Source: Nitrosospira multiformis ATCC 25196
GTDB lineage: Bacteria; Pseudomonadota; Gammaproteobacteria; Burkholderiales; Nitrosomonadaceae
Direction of reading: 5' to 3'
Length of the DNA stretch: 17,036 nucleotides
Assembly: GCF_000196355.1 (NCBI RefSeq)
Contig: NC_007616.1
Coordinates: forward strand, 1-17,036
The translations under genes were made by a program, and so were the position numbers. The notes beneath the pieces were generated by a model. That model was given only the letters and a program-made list of their open reading frames with translations, was not told where the DNA came from and made no database searches. Each line of letters starts with the position of its first letter. The first letter of the stretch is position 1. Shown in pieces: positions 7,748 to 15,663 of this stretch.

Positions 7748-8062
7748 TTACTCGCCCCGATAGGGCTCGGGAACCCCATATTTTGCGCAAAGATCATTGA
7801 TTGCTTCCCCCAAAAGTTCCTTGGTTAGTTTTCCCTCGTTATTCGGATGAGCTTGTACGAGCAGTAATGCGCGGCGTACCTGGGGAGAAAAATGCGCCCC
7901 TATCATCACCGTTTTATCAGCGGCCTTTTTATTAGCTACAGGAGTAACAGGCTTAGCCTCAGACTGATGAGGGCTTACATGCTGAATTGGTTCCGGCTGC
8001 TTTTGCACCTGACCGGCTGCCATGGCTTTAAGCCCGGCGGCTAAGGGACTAGGCTTTTTCAT
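7748..8062 (-). CDS. Small RHH/antitoxin-like partition partner protein
   Basis: 104 aa; C-terminal HFSPQVRRALLLVQAHPNNEGKLTKELLGEAINDLCAKYGVP looks RHH-like. Overlaps the end of parA. Confidence 0.6.
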   Translation of the reverse strand: MKKPSPLAAGLKAMAAGQVQKQPEPIQHVSPHQSEAKPVTPVANKKAADKTVMIGAHFSPQVRRALLLVQAHPNNEGKLTKELLGEAINDLCAKYGVPEPYRGE

Positions 8063-8699
8063 GATGTATATCCTTATATTTGTATAGCGCTATATTTATA
8101 TATTTATATAGCTCACTGAGTTCAAGAGCTGCTTTACCGCCGGGATCGTATTCCAGGGCAGTTTGACCCAGATTGGTGGCATCTCCATAAGCTGTTCTTT
8201 GATAGAGTACGACGGGACAAACCTTAAGCCCCATTCCTTCTATCGCTTCCATCGTATCTAGATGGCGTCTTCCTTGCACAGGGGCGGCATTTATCACGAC
8301 CAGAGCAGTGGGATTACCAGCAAGGGTTAGGATGTCTTTAACATTTAACAGCGTTTCAATGTCGAAGAGCTGAGGCCGGATGGGTAGCAGAACAATATCT
8401 GCAACTTTTGCGGCCTCTATAGTGGCTTCGGTGCTTTTTCCTGCTGTGTCGATTATGACCAACTCAGCGCCTTGCTCTTTTGCCCCGGTTAATACGTTAC
8501 GTAGGCGTGAAACTTGGCAAGATACTACTGCCGGATGTTCAGATTCTCTCCGATCTCCCCAGTTAGCCGCTGTAGTTTGGGGATCAAGATCGATTACGGC
8601 AACTGACTTGCCGTCCAGAACACCTGCAACAGCAAGCCCTAATGCGGTTGTTGTTTTCCCGTTACCGCCCTTTTGTCCGATGATGGCTAAGGTTTTCAT
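8049..8699 (-). CDS. parA: ParA-family partition ATPase
   Basis: MKTLAIIGQKGGNGKTTTALGLAVAG (deviant Walker A), VAVIDLDPQTTAANW, LVIIDTAGK. Confidence 0.95.
   Translation of the reverse strand: MKTLAIIGQKGGNGKTTTALGLAVAGVLDGKSVAVIDLDPQTTAANWGDRRESEHPAVVSCQVSRLRNVLTGAKEQGAELVIIDTAGKSTEATIEAAKVADIVLLPIRPQLFDIETLLNVKDILTLAGNPTALVVINAAPVQGRRHLDTMEAIEGMGLKVCPVVLYQRTAYGDATNLGQTALEYDPGGKAALELSELYKYINIALYKYKDIHHEKA
8075..8087. repeat. Copy 1 of 13-bp direct repeat TATATTTGTATAG, inside the parA 3' end
   Basis: Identical to 8710-8722, within an AT-rich tract 8070-8110. Confidence 0.6.
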
Positions 8700-8709
8700 T
8701 ATATAGTCC

Positions 8710-8794
8710 TATATTTGTATAGTCCTATCCGAATATATTCCTATATAAGTATATTTCGATAGGGCTAGATTTATATATTACGATAGGAATATAT
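8710..8794. promoter_or_regulatory. AT-rich parA operator/centromere-like region
   Basis: TATATTTGTATAG at 8710-8722 and a perfect 12-bp inverted repeat ATATATTCCTAT (8733-8744)/ATAGGAATATAT (8783-8794), immediately upstream of parA. Confidence 0.5.
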
Positions 8795-8895
8795 CAGAGT
8801 TCCTTGAATGTCTATCCTGTTAAACGCAAAAAATCCACGGAATCGCAATCTCGACCACGTTTAAATCACCCTTGTTTAATATCCTAGCGGGTGAA

Positions 8896-8933
8896 TTTGC
8901 CCGGAGGGCAAAGAGGGGCGGCAATGAGCCCCT
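8896..8933. repeat. Two tandem hairpins between parA and rep
   Basis: TTTGCCC-gga-GGGCAAA (8896-8912) and AGGGGC-ggcaatga-GCCCCT (8914-8933). Confidence 0.6.
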
Positions 8934-8984
8934 TGGATGATGTTTTGTGAGCGGAGCGAACTCATAGTCTATTGTCATAACTTG

Positions 8985-8993
8985 TTATCCACA
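8985..8993 (+). promoter_or_regulatory. DnaA box TTATCCACA; a one-mismatch copy TCATCCACA lies at 9088-9096
   Basis: Exact match to the DnaA-box consensus, upstream of the iteron-like repeats. Confidence 0.6.
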
Positions 8994-9098
8994 GTCGCGA
9001 GTTTCATCCCTGTGTGTGTTAAATATAGAGTTAAGTAGTGTTAAGGGCGGGAAAACTCTTGTAACTATTTGCAATAGCTCAGCAATTTCATCCACAGC

Positions 9099-9245
9099 GT
9101 CAACAGAACCACGAAAAACTGTCAGCACAACCACGAAAAACCGTCAACGAAACCACGAAAAGTCCCTTGCGTCATTGAAACCCCGAAGCTATGATGGGCG
9201 TCAACGAAACCACGAATCGATTATGTCTGTCAACGAAACCACGAA
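9099..9245 (+). repeat. Six iteron-like repeats, consensus GTCAACGAAACCACGAA (putative oriV)
   Basis: Copies begin at 9099, 9121, 9143, 9171 (degenerate GTCATTGAAACCCCGAA), 9200 and 9229. Spacing is 22, 22, 28, 29, 29. Confidence 0.75.
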
Positions 9246-10275
9246 TATTAAAAAGAATGAGCGATCGGTCTTGTTGCCGGAACGCCATCCCAATCACGAG
9301 CTGTTCATCTGCGATGTGCTTGAGGCCATCCCCAAGGATGACTTGGCAAGCATGGAACACCCCGTATTCTCCCTGGCAACCAAACCAGATACACGGACCC
9401 TGATTTATGAGCACAGGGATGTAAAAATCCAGATCACGCCAAGCGTTAAGGGGTTGGCGACGATTTTCGATAAGGATTTATTGATTTTCTGCATCTCCCA
9501 AATGATCGCAAAAAAGAATAGGGGAGAGCCTCTATCGCAAAATGTACGCCTCCATGCATACGATCTTTTGATATGGACGAACCGGGAAACAAGCGGCGAT
9601 GCTTACCGGCGCCTCATAGAAGCATTTGAGCGGCTACGCGGGACCACAATCGTGACAAACATCAAAGCAGACGGTGAGGAGATAACCACAGGTTTTGGCC
9701 TTATCGATAGTTTCAAGGTTGTTCGTCATACCGCCACCGGGCGCATGAGTGAGCTGGAAGTCCGGATCTCGGACTGGATGTTTAAAATCATTCAGGGTTC
9801 ACAGGTGCTGACGCTGAGCCGGGATTATTTCCGGCTTAGAAAACCCATCGAACGGCGGATTTACGAGATAGCACGTAAGCATTGCGGGGAGCAGGACGAA
9901 TGGCGGATTTCTATCGAACTGCTCCAGAAAAAAACTGGAGCCAGCAGTCACGAACGGGCGTTTAAAGCCATGGTGCGGGAGCTGGTCAAATGCGACCATT
10001 TGCCCGACTACAGCGTCACATTGGAAGACGATATGGTAATTTTTTATAACCGGGCGGGCTTATCGGAGAAAATTCCTCTTACCGCGTTTCCTCAGCTCAA
10101 TGCTGAAACTTACAACGATGCTCGTACCGTGGCCCCAGGTTATGACGTCTATTATCTCGAACAAGAATGGCGGGACATGTGGGTTGATACCGGAATGCCG
10201 CTACTCCACAATCCCGACAAAGCTTTTATAGCTTTTTGCAAATCCCGGGCAAAACGTCGCCCAATGGGTCGGTAA
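9223..10275 (+). CDS. repA: Plasmid replication initiator (RepA/RPA family)
   Basis: HPNHELFICDVLEAIPKDDLASMEHPVFSLATKPDTRTLIYEHRDVKIQITPSVKGLATIFDKDLLIFCISQM...LSRDYFRLRKPIERRIYEIARKHCG. Start placed at Met-70 of the track ORF (9016..10275) because earlier codons lie in the iterons. Start uncertain. Confidence 0.88.
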   Translation: MSVNETTNIKKNERSVLLPERHPNHELFICDVLEAIPKDDLASMEHPVFSLATKPDTRTLIYEHRDVKIQITPSVKGLATIFDKDLLIFCISQMIAKKNRGEPLSQNVRLHAYDLLIWTNRETSGDAYRRLIEAFERLRGTTIVTNIKADGEEITTGFGLIDSFKVVRHTATGRMSELEVRISDWMFKIIQGSQVLTLSRDYFRLRKPIERRIYEIARKHCGEQDEWRISIELLQKKTGASSHERAFKAMVRELVKCDHLPDYSVTLEDDMVIFYNRAGLSEKIPLTAFPQLNAETYNDARTVAPGYDVYYLEQEWRDMWVDTGMPLLHNPDKAFIAFCKSRAKRRPMGR

Positions 10276-10305
10276 TTCTCTTTTTAAGATCGAAGGGGTG
10301 CTGCT

Positions 10306-11979
10306 TTATCTGCCGCGATCTCGATATGGCTCAGGACGAGCTTGTCCATGCGCCAATTTCTCTTCCGTAGAATTATTAGACTCGTAGCTCTCGAACAGAC
10401 TTGCCCGGTTGTTGTACCTATCTGCAAGACTGACGCTTTTATCCTCTTTTTGCCTCTCCGCTTGAGTTGCACGAAGCTTCTTGTAGGAATCCCAAGCGGT
10501 CCGGCGGTCGGCATTTAAAGCCGCCCATTCTTTCCGCAATTCGCCTGTCTCTTCTGCCTGCTGCCTTTTTAAATCCTGCCGCTCCGTCTTGTGACGAGCT
10601 GCAAGCAAGGTGCGAGCTTGCTTATCGGTTTCCTTAGCCGCTTCTATTTTCTGGACGGCATGTTTCTTGGCAAGATCGCGAGCCTCTGCATACTTAGTGC
10701 GCAACTCATCCAGTTCCGTGTTTTGCTTGGCCCAGAGCCTTTGGAAAGCAGGCAAATTACGTTCGTCCAGCTTCTTGAAGAAAGCTTCTTTTTCGCTGTT
10801 CAAGCGCTTTGCGAACATTGCAGCACGCGCATCTTTAGCCACAAGCGCAGTAAAAAACCGGGATAGATGGCCACGATGATGGTTCCCGTGTTCGGAGAGG
10901 GGAGTCTTGATCGTCGCTTCAAGCGTAGCCAGAAGTACGGCCCATCCCCCGGTGCGGTTCATTTTATAAAATTCCCGCCTTTTTTCTTTCTGTGTTGCCA
11001 TAAAGAAGGAGACTTCCGGCACATTCTCTTCTTTAAGACGGGCTCTTAAGGCGCGCATTTGGTCTTCGTGCCTTTTCTTTAATTTGGCCCTGTCGGCCTG
11101 GTATTTCTGCCAGGAATACTCGCCCGCTTTTGAAGCCTTGTTAAAACCCTGCCGAATTTTGAACGCCTGGCACTGCTTATCCCAAAGAGCGGCCCGTTCG
11201 TTTGCCTGGCGAGCTTTAATTTCCTCCCATTGAGCCGAATGGCGCACCGCGTTATCGCGGCCCTTCCTGGCCAGATTTTTGATCCGCTCGGCGAACTCCG
11301 CCTTAATATCCAGGTAACGTTTACTCTTAGGATGGGTTGCTCCTGCCGCCGCCTCCCAATCCGCACGAGCCTTGCTGTTGGCCGTGCCTTTGTGCTGCCG
11401 CGCTTCTTCCGCCATACGACGGTATTCAGCCTTCTTTTCCGGGTCTTTCTCGTATTTCGCGGCACGCTCGGGGCTGTGATGTTCCATGCCCCGTGCCTTG
11501 TCGTATTCATGGCCCCAGGAGTGCAGGATTTTATGGTCGTCCTTGGGATTGTGCGAGATTCCTGTCACCGGATTAACGCGGTTGACGATGATATGCAAAT
11601 GCATGTGCGCCTTGTCGCCGTGCGCGGCAAACACCGCTTCATGCTCCCCATATCCAAGCTTTTCCAGTATGGCAGTCCCGGCCTCCATCATTTCGGCCTG
11701 GGTGGGCTTCTCGCCTGGCACCCAGGACAGGGAGAGGTGATAAACCGGCGGGCCGGGTTTGCGGCCGGTCGCCTTGATGCCTGCCGCTTCTTTCAGCTCG
11801 GCGGCATGCTGCGCGGTATAGGCCATGACCTTGGCCGCCTTCTCCGGGTCGTCCGTGCGAAGGTTGCGCGTTTCCGTAAACAGAACCCGCTCGGCTGTTT
11901 TGGCTCCGTCCGGGTCGTGAATGATGTAGGCCACCGCCCCCTTGAAGCTGCGGCCCTTTTTCGCGGCGTTCGGCGTCAT
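10306..11979 (-). CDS. mobA: Relaxase/mobilization nuclease (MobA-like, likely MOBP-type)
   Basis: HLSLSWVPGEKPTQAEM...EHEAVFAAHGDKAHMHLHIIVNRVNPVTG (HxH metal motif). Long charged, coiled-coil-like C-terminus. ATGA overlap with mobC. Confidence 0.9.
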   Translation of the reverse strand: MTPNAAKKGRSFKGAVAYIIHDPDGAKTAERVLFTETRNLRTDDPEKAAKVMAYTAQHAAELKEAAGIKATGRKPGPPVYHLSLSWVPGEKPTQAEMMEAGTAILEKLGYGEHEAVFAAHGDKAHMHLHIIVNRVNPVTGISHNPKDDHKILHSWGHEYDKARGMEHHSPERAAKYEKDPEKKAEYRRMAEEARQHKGTANSKARADWEAAAGATHPKSKRYLDIKAEFAERIKNLARKGRDNAVRHSAQWEEIKARQANERAALWDKQCQAFKIRQGFNKASKAGEYSWQKYQADRAKLKKRHEDQMRALRARLKEENVPEVSFFMATQKEKRREFYKMNRTGGWAVLLATLEATIKTPLSEHGNHHRGHLSRFFTALVAKDARAAMFAKRLNSEKEAFFKKLDERNLPAFQRLWAKQNTELDELRTKYAEARDLAKKHAVQKIEAAKETDKQARTLLAARHKTERQDLKRQQAEETGELRKEWAALNADRRTAWDSYKKLRATQAERQKEDKSVSLADRYNNRASLFESYESNNSTEEKLAHGQARPEPYRDRGR

Positions 11980-12308
11980 TCCACGTCCTGCAATCGGTCC
12001 AGCAACTGATTGAGCCGGGCAAGAGTCTCGCTCAGCTCGTGCGGGCTATGGCCGAGGCCACTGTTCAGGGCACGGGCAATCTGGTTGAGATTGACGCCCG
12101 CCCGGTTCACAGCCAGCACCAGGGCAGGGTCAGCCCGGCGCGGAGCAGCGGCAAGCTTGCCCCCAAGGGCGCGGCGGCGGGCGTAGTCGGTGGGGGTGAG
12201 GCCCGAAGCGGCAGCGCGGGCCTCAATGGTGGCCCGCTCGTCTGGGAGCAGGCGAAGATTCAGCCGCTCGCTCCGGGACTCCGGTTGCTGTTTCCTGGGT
12301 CGCGCCAT
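11976..12308 (-). CDS. mobC: MobC-like mobilization accessory protein
   Basis: MARPRKQQPESRSERLNLRLLPDERATIEARAAASGLTPTDYARRRALGG...LNQIARALN. Start set at Met-70 of the track ORF. Confidence 0.85.
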   Translation of the reverse strand: MARPRKQQPESRSERLNLRLLPDERATIEARAAASGLTPTDYARRRALGGKLAAAPRRADPALVLAVNRAGVNLNQIARALNSGLGHSPHELSETLARLNQLLDRLQDVE

Positions 12309-12447
12309 AAGGACTGGACTGGATAAGTTATTCAGGACGGTACGCAATGGTGACGCAATTAGCCAAATCCGGCTTTTCCGGTGCCTCCTCGTTTCGGGGA
12401 GGAGGGGGAATACCGAATGGCCAGGCAAGGCCGTTGCAGGGGGTCCA

Positions 12448-12471
12448 AAGGGGGAGGGAATGCTCCCCCTT
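12448..12471. repeat. Perfect 9-bp inverted repeat upstream of mobC
   Basis: AAGGGGGAG-ggaatg-CTCCCCCTT (12448-12456/12463-12471). Confidence 0.65.
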
Positions 12472-12606
12472 GCAAGCGTTTTTGGGTACCAAAAACATAG
12501 CTTGCTACCCTGCACCTACAATTGTACCACTCAACTCAGGCGCTAGGTCAACTGCACCAAAGGGAGTTATGCACGAGGTTTTTCAGGCGCGACGCGTCGG
12601 GAGTAG

Positions 12607-12767
12607 CTGACGCCCTTCGGGCGTCAGTCGGAGAGGCTCATTGCCGCCCCTCCGACACCTCCCTGCTAGGATACAAAACAAGGGTGAGCGGCAGTTGATC
12701 GCAGGCGAAGCGGCCTGTATCCTGATACGGCGGTACAGCAGGGATGCGATGACCGCACAAGGGTGAG
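12607..12767. promoter_or_regulatory. Candidate oriT region
   Basis: Intergenic between mobC and the coupling-protein operon. Perfect hairpin CTGACGCCC-ttc-GGGCGTCAG (12607-12627), second hairpin 12627-12656, AGGATACA (12668-12675)/TGTATCCT (12716-12723), a TATCCTG motif resembling MOBP nic sites, and repeated ACAAGGGTGAG (12678-12688, 12757-12767). Confidence 0.5.
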
Positions 12768-12777
12768 AAATCACCGC

Positions 12778-12811
12778 AAAGGCCAGCCCTCAAAAGCTGG
12801 CCTTTGTTTTT
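12778..12811 (+). terminator. Rho-independent terminator-like hairpin
   Basis: AAAGGCCAGC-cctcaaaa-GCTGGCCTTT followed by GTTTTT. Confidence 0.75.
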
Positions 12812-12869
12812 ACCTAGACAATCCGGCTCCCGTTACAATCTGTACTCGCTCATCTTTTCAGGGGGGAGT

Positions 12870-13343
12870 ATGGCAACTACCGATAGCGGAGACTTGCCAA
12901 AAGGCCAGGCAAATGAAGGAAATCGAGGGAAACCATCGGAACCGGGCCAATATAATCCGCATCAAGGCAGTGACCTGGCTGTTGCCCAGACTCTTCTTCC
13001 AACAGGCCCGACGGCAACCCATCGAAATGACGAACAAAAATCAAAAATACCGGAGGGAGTCCGAAAGGACGGCCAAAACCTGACCCTTGAAATGAGAACT
13101 CCTATGGGGTCGGATGTCCGAAGGCAAGCCGCATACTCACAAGCTGCGAAGGATTACAATGCCGCCAACAAAAAACGGGTAGAAAAATATTTCGGTGACA
13201 GTAATAAAGGACCCCTGGTAACATCAAGAGATATAAAGGATAAAAGCGTTATTGAACGACGGGAGCCAACTAGGGGATCGCTTTCAAACGAGCTATCCAA
13301 AGCGAGCGGTTTCGAAACAGGGAGTAAGGATTTAGAAAGATAG
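12870..13343 (+). CDS. Hypothetical hydrophilic protein, first gene of the coupling-protein operon
   Basis: 157 aa from MATTDSGDLPKGQ, preceded by GGGGGGAGT. Highly charged, low hydrophobicity. Track ORF begins earlier at 12804. Confidence 0.6.
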   Translation: MATTDSGDLPKGQANEGNRGKPSEPGQYNPHQGSDLAVAQTLLPTGPTATHRNDEQKSKIPEGVRKDGQNLTLEMRTPMGSDVRRQAAYSQAAKDYNAANKKRVEKYFGDSNKGPLVTSRDIKDKSVIERREPTRGSLSNELSKASGFETGSKDLER

Positions 13344-13349
13344 CCCGCC

Positions 13350-13661
13350 ATGAAATACAGCCTTCCTCACGATCAAATGCATTCCAGGGTCATCACTGCC
13401 CCTGACGGTATAGATCATTTAATAACCATGGGCGGTTGGTACTGGAATTCTCTCGACTGGATGCATAACGAAACCGATTGGAAAAATATCGATTTTATTG
13501 AGCTGGCTTGGAAAACTGCCAAGCAAATGGAAAACGACGGAACAATGGAAAACCCGGGCAATTTACCGGCGGAATTCCAATTGGCTTTCAAATATCACAT
13601 ATGGTTCCGCATGAAGGATTTGATTAACAAAGAAGATGGCATAGTTAACGATAATATTTAA
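13350..13661 (+). CDS. Hypothetical small protein
   Basis: 103 aa, MKYSLPHDQMHSRVITAPDGIDHLITMGGWYWNSLDWM...; tightly packed between same-strand ORFs. Confidence 0.6.
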   Translation: MKYSLPHDQMHSRVITAPDGIDHLITMGGWYWNSLDWMHNETDWKNIDFIELAWKTAKQMENDGTMENPGNLPAEFQLAFKYHIWFRMKDLINKEDGIVNDNI

Positions 13662-13677
13662 TCTGCCGGGACATTAA

Positions 13678-15663
13678 GTGGGTAACGACATTCTGGCTTT
13701 GGGAGAAAGCCAGCCAAAATACAATCGCCGAGCATTGGCCTCGGCCCAATTTATTCCCCAGGAATATCTAGACCGACAGGGATACCGCAAAGGCGATTTC
13801 TGGCTTGGCCGAACCCTCAACGGACGGCCTTTCGGTTGGAACGAGGAAATGAATCTGCTGACCTGTGCGGGACCAGGGGCAGGGAAGGGCGTTTCGACAG
13901 TCGTACCGAACCTGCTGGAATTTCCTGGGAGCGCAGTGGTAGTGGATCCAAAGGGAGAGCTGGCCAGCATGACTGCCGCTTTCCGTCGCGACGTGCTTGG
14001 ACAGAAGGTCATCGTCCTGGATCCTGCGCGAACTGCTAAGGTAAGCGAGGATCTGCGCGGCACTTACAACCCTTTCGACGAACTGGATGCGGACGATCCC
14101 TTTGTTACGACCGCCGCCCAGGTTATTGCCTCCGGGATCGTCGTTCCCAATCCCAAGGCAAAAGAACCGTTCTGGGACGACAACGCTCTCGATTTCATTC
14201 AGTCGTGCATCCTCTATATGGTGCGGCATTATCCGCCTAATTTACGCACCCTTATGAAGCTGCGGGAGACGGTTTCTATGGGGGACAGCGACCTCTTCGA
14301 TGCATATGTACGGCGCAAACAAGAAGAGGATCCAGATTTTATGGGATCCGAAAGTGATGCCTTCGGGCTGTTCCTGAAAGAAATGTTTAACACCCCGGAC
14401 TTTGGCGGCGTGATACGTGAGACTGCCGCCAAAATCGGGCGAATGGGCGAAAACACGAAAGGCAGTGTACTTTCTACAGCGGCCACACATCTGGACTTCG
14501 TAAAATCCCCGGAACTTTGGGACGTGCTGCAATCGAACCCGGACCCGTCTCGAACCTTCCGGCTGCGGGAGCTGAGACGTAATGACCGGCCCCTCACGGT
14601 CTATCTATGCCTTCCTGTAGACATGATCCCGCGTCAAGGAAGATGGTTTCGGATGATCATATCCCGCATCATCCAATCCATCGAACGCAGCGAATTCGAT
14701 AAAAAACGAGATCACCCTGTTTTGATGATGATCGACGAGTTTTTTCAGCTCGGTCCGATTCCTTCTATTACTAACACCCTCACATATTCACGAAGCTTTG
14801 GGCTGCGGCTGTGGCTAATTGTGCAAGATTTGAATCAGCTTAAAACCAATTACCCGGACGCCTGGGAAACCATTCTCGGTTCCTGCGGAATAAAGCAGTT
14901 TTTCGGAGTAAACGATCTCGTTACCGCTAAATATGTTTCGGAATTGATTGGGGAAGAAGAGATAGATATACCCTCGATCTCGCTTACCAAAACCTCTTCC
15001 GGGACGGAGAGCAGAAACTCCTCGCAAACGCACAGCCAAGGGATGACCAGTACCGCCGGAAATAACTGGTCAAGCAGTACAGGAAGGTCTGTATCCTTTT
15101 CGCGCACGAATAGCACAAACCATAACATTACGACCGGGCGCGGGATTTCCAATAATCAGGCTGCCAGCAGCGGGGTAAGCGAAAGTTGGGGAAGCGGTGC
15201 CAATAACGGGGAAACTATTACAAATAGTCAACAAACTTCCCAGAACTCGGGACGCTCTGCGCACGCAACTACGGGACAAAATTACGGCGTTAGCAGCTCC
15301 CTTGGCCAGTCCTCCTCCCTATCTGGCTCGGCAGGCCAAAGCGCCTCTTCTGGCATGACGTTTGGCTCAAGTATCTCGGACACCCGGGGCGGATCCATCT
15401 CGACATCAGAAAGCCGAAATATCTCCAACACGGCGGGAGAAGGTTCCTCTGTTTCAACCGGGATAAATTACGCTTTTTCTGTTTCCAAACAGAAAAGACG
15501 GCTCCTGCGCCCCGAAGATGTTCTGGTGAGCTTCACCAAAAAGAACCTGGTGCAACTTACGCATATTCGAGATCAGGGGGGCATGATGCTATTCCGTACC
15601 CCATTCTATGCCGATCCGTATTTCCGATTCCTTCTGACGGAAAAAACAAAAAATGACACATAA
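13678..15663 (+). CDS. VirD4/TraG-family coupling-protein-like ATPase without an N-terminal TM region
   Basis: AGPGAGKGVSTVVPNLLEFPGSAVVVDPKGELASMTAAFRR (Walker A plus TraG signature) and HPVLMMIDEFFQLGPI (Walker B). Starts directly at the ATPase core. Confidence 0.88.
   Translation: MGNDILALGESQPKYNRRALASAQFIPQEYLDRQGYRKGDFWLGRTLNGRPFGWNEEMNLLTCAGPGAGKGVSTVVPNLLEFPGSAVVVDPKGELASMTAAFRRDVLGQKVIVLDPARTAKVSEDLRGTYNPFDELDADDPFVTTAAQVIASGIVVPNPKAKEPFWDDNALDFIQSCILYMVRHYPPNLRTLMKLRETVSMGDSDLFDAYVRRKQEEDPDFMGSESDAFGLFLKEMFNTPDFGGVIRETAAKIGRMGENTKGSVLSTAATHLDFVKSPELWDVLQSNPDPSRTFRLRELRRNDRPLTVYLCLPVDMIPRQGRWFRMIISRIIQSIERSEFDKKRDHPVLMMIDEFFQLGPIPSITNTLTYSRSFGLRLWLIVQDLNQLKTNYPDAWETILGSCGIKQFFGVNDLVTAKYVSELIGEEEIDIPSISLTKTSSGTESRNSSQTHSQGMTSTAGNNWSSSTGRSVSFSRTNSTNHNITTGRGISNNQAASSGVSESWGSGANNGETITNSQQTSQNSGRSAHATTGQNYGVSSSLGQSSSLSGSAGQSASSGMTFGSSISDTRGGSISTSESRNISNTAGEGSSVSTGINYAFSVSKQKRRLLRPEDVLVSFTKKNLVQLTHIRDQGGMMLFRTPFYADPYFRFLLTEKTKNDT

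Noticed and set aside
9099-9245. CRISPR array interpretation of the short repeats
   Set aside because: Units are 17 bp with 5-12 bp gaps that are not spacer-like, no cas genes, and the position directly upstream of rep is typical of iterons.
11230-12022. Long antisense/alternate-frame ORFs in the mob region (259, 79, 84 and 127 aa)
   Set aside because: GC-rich relaxase coding sequence produces open shadow frames; the relaxase frame has catalytic motifs.
12039-12610. 95-, 118- and 87-aa plus-strand ORFs opposite or upstream of mobC
   Set aside because: Overlap mobC antisense and the dyad region; no motif or RBS support.
14229-14597. 122-, 96- and 100-aa ORFs antisense to the TraG-like gene
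   Set aside because: Shadow ORFs of a confidently coding ATPase.
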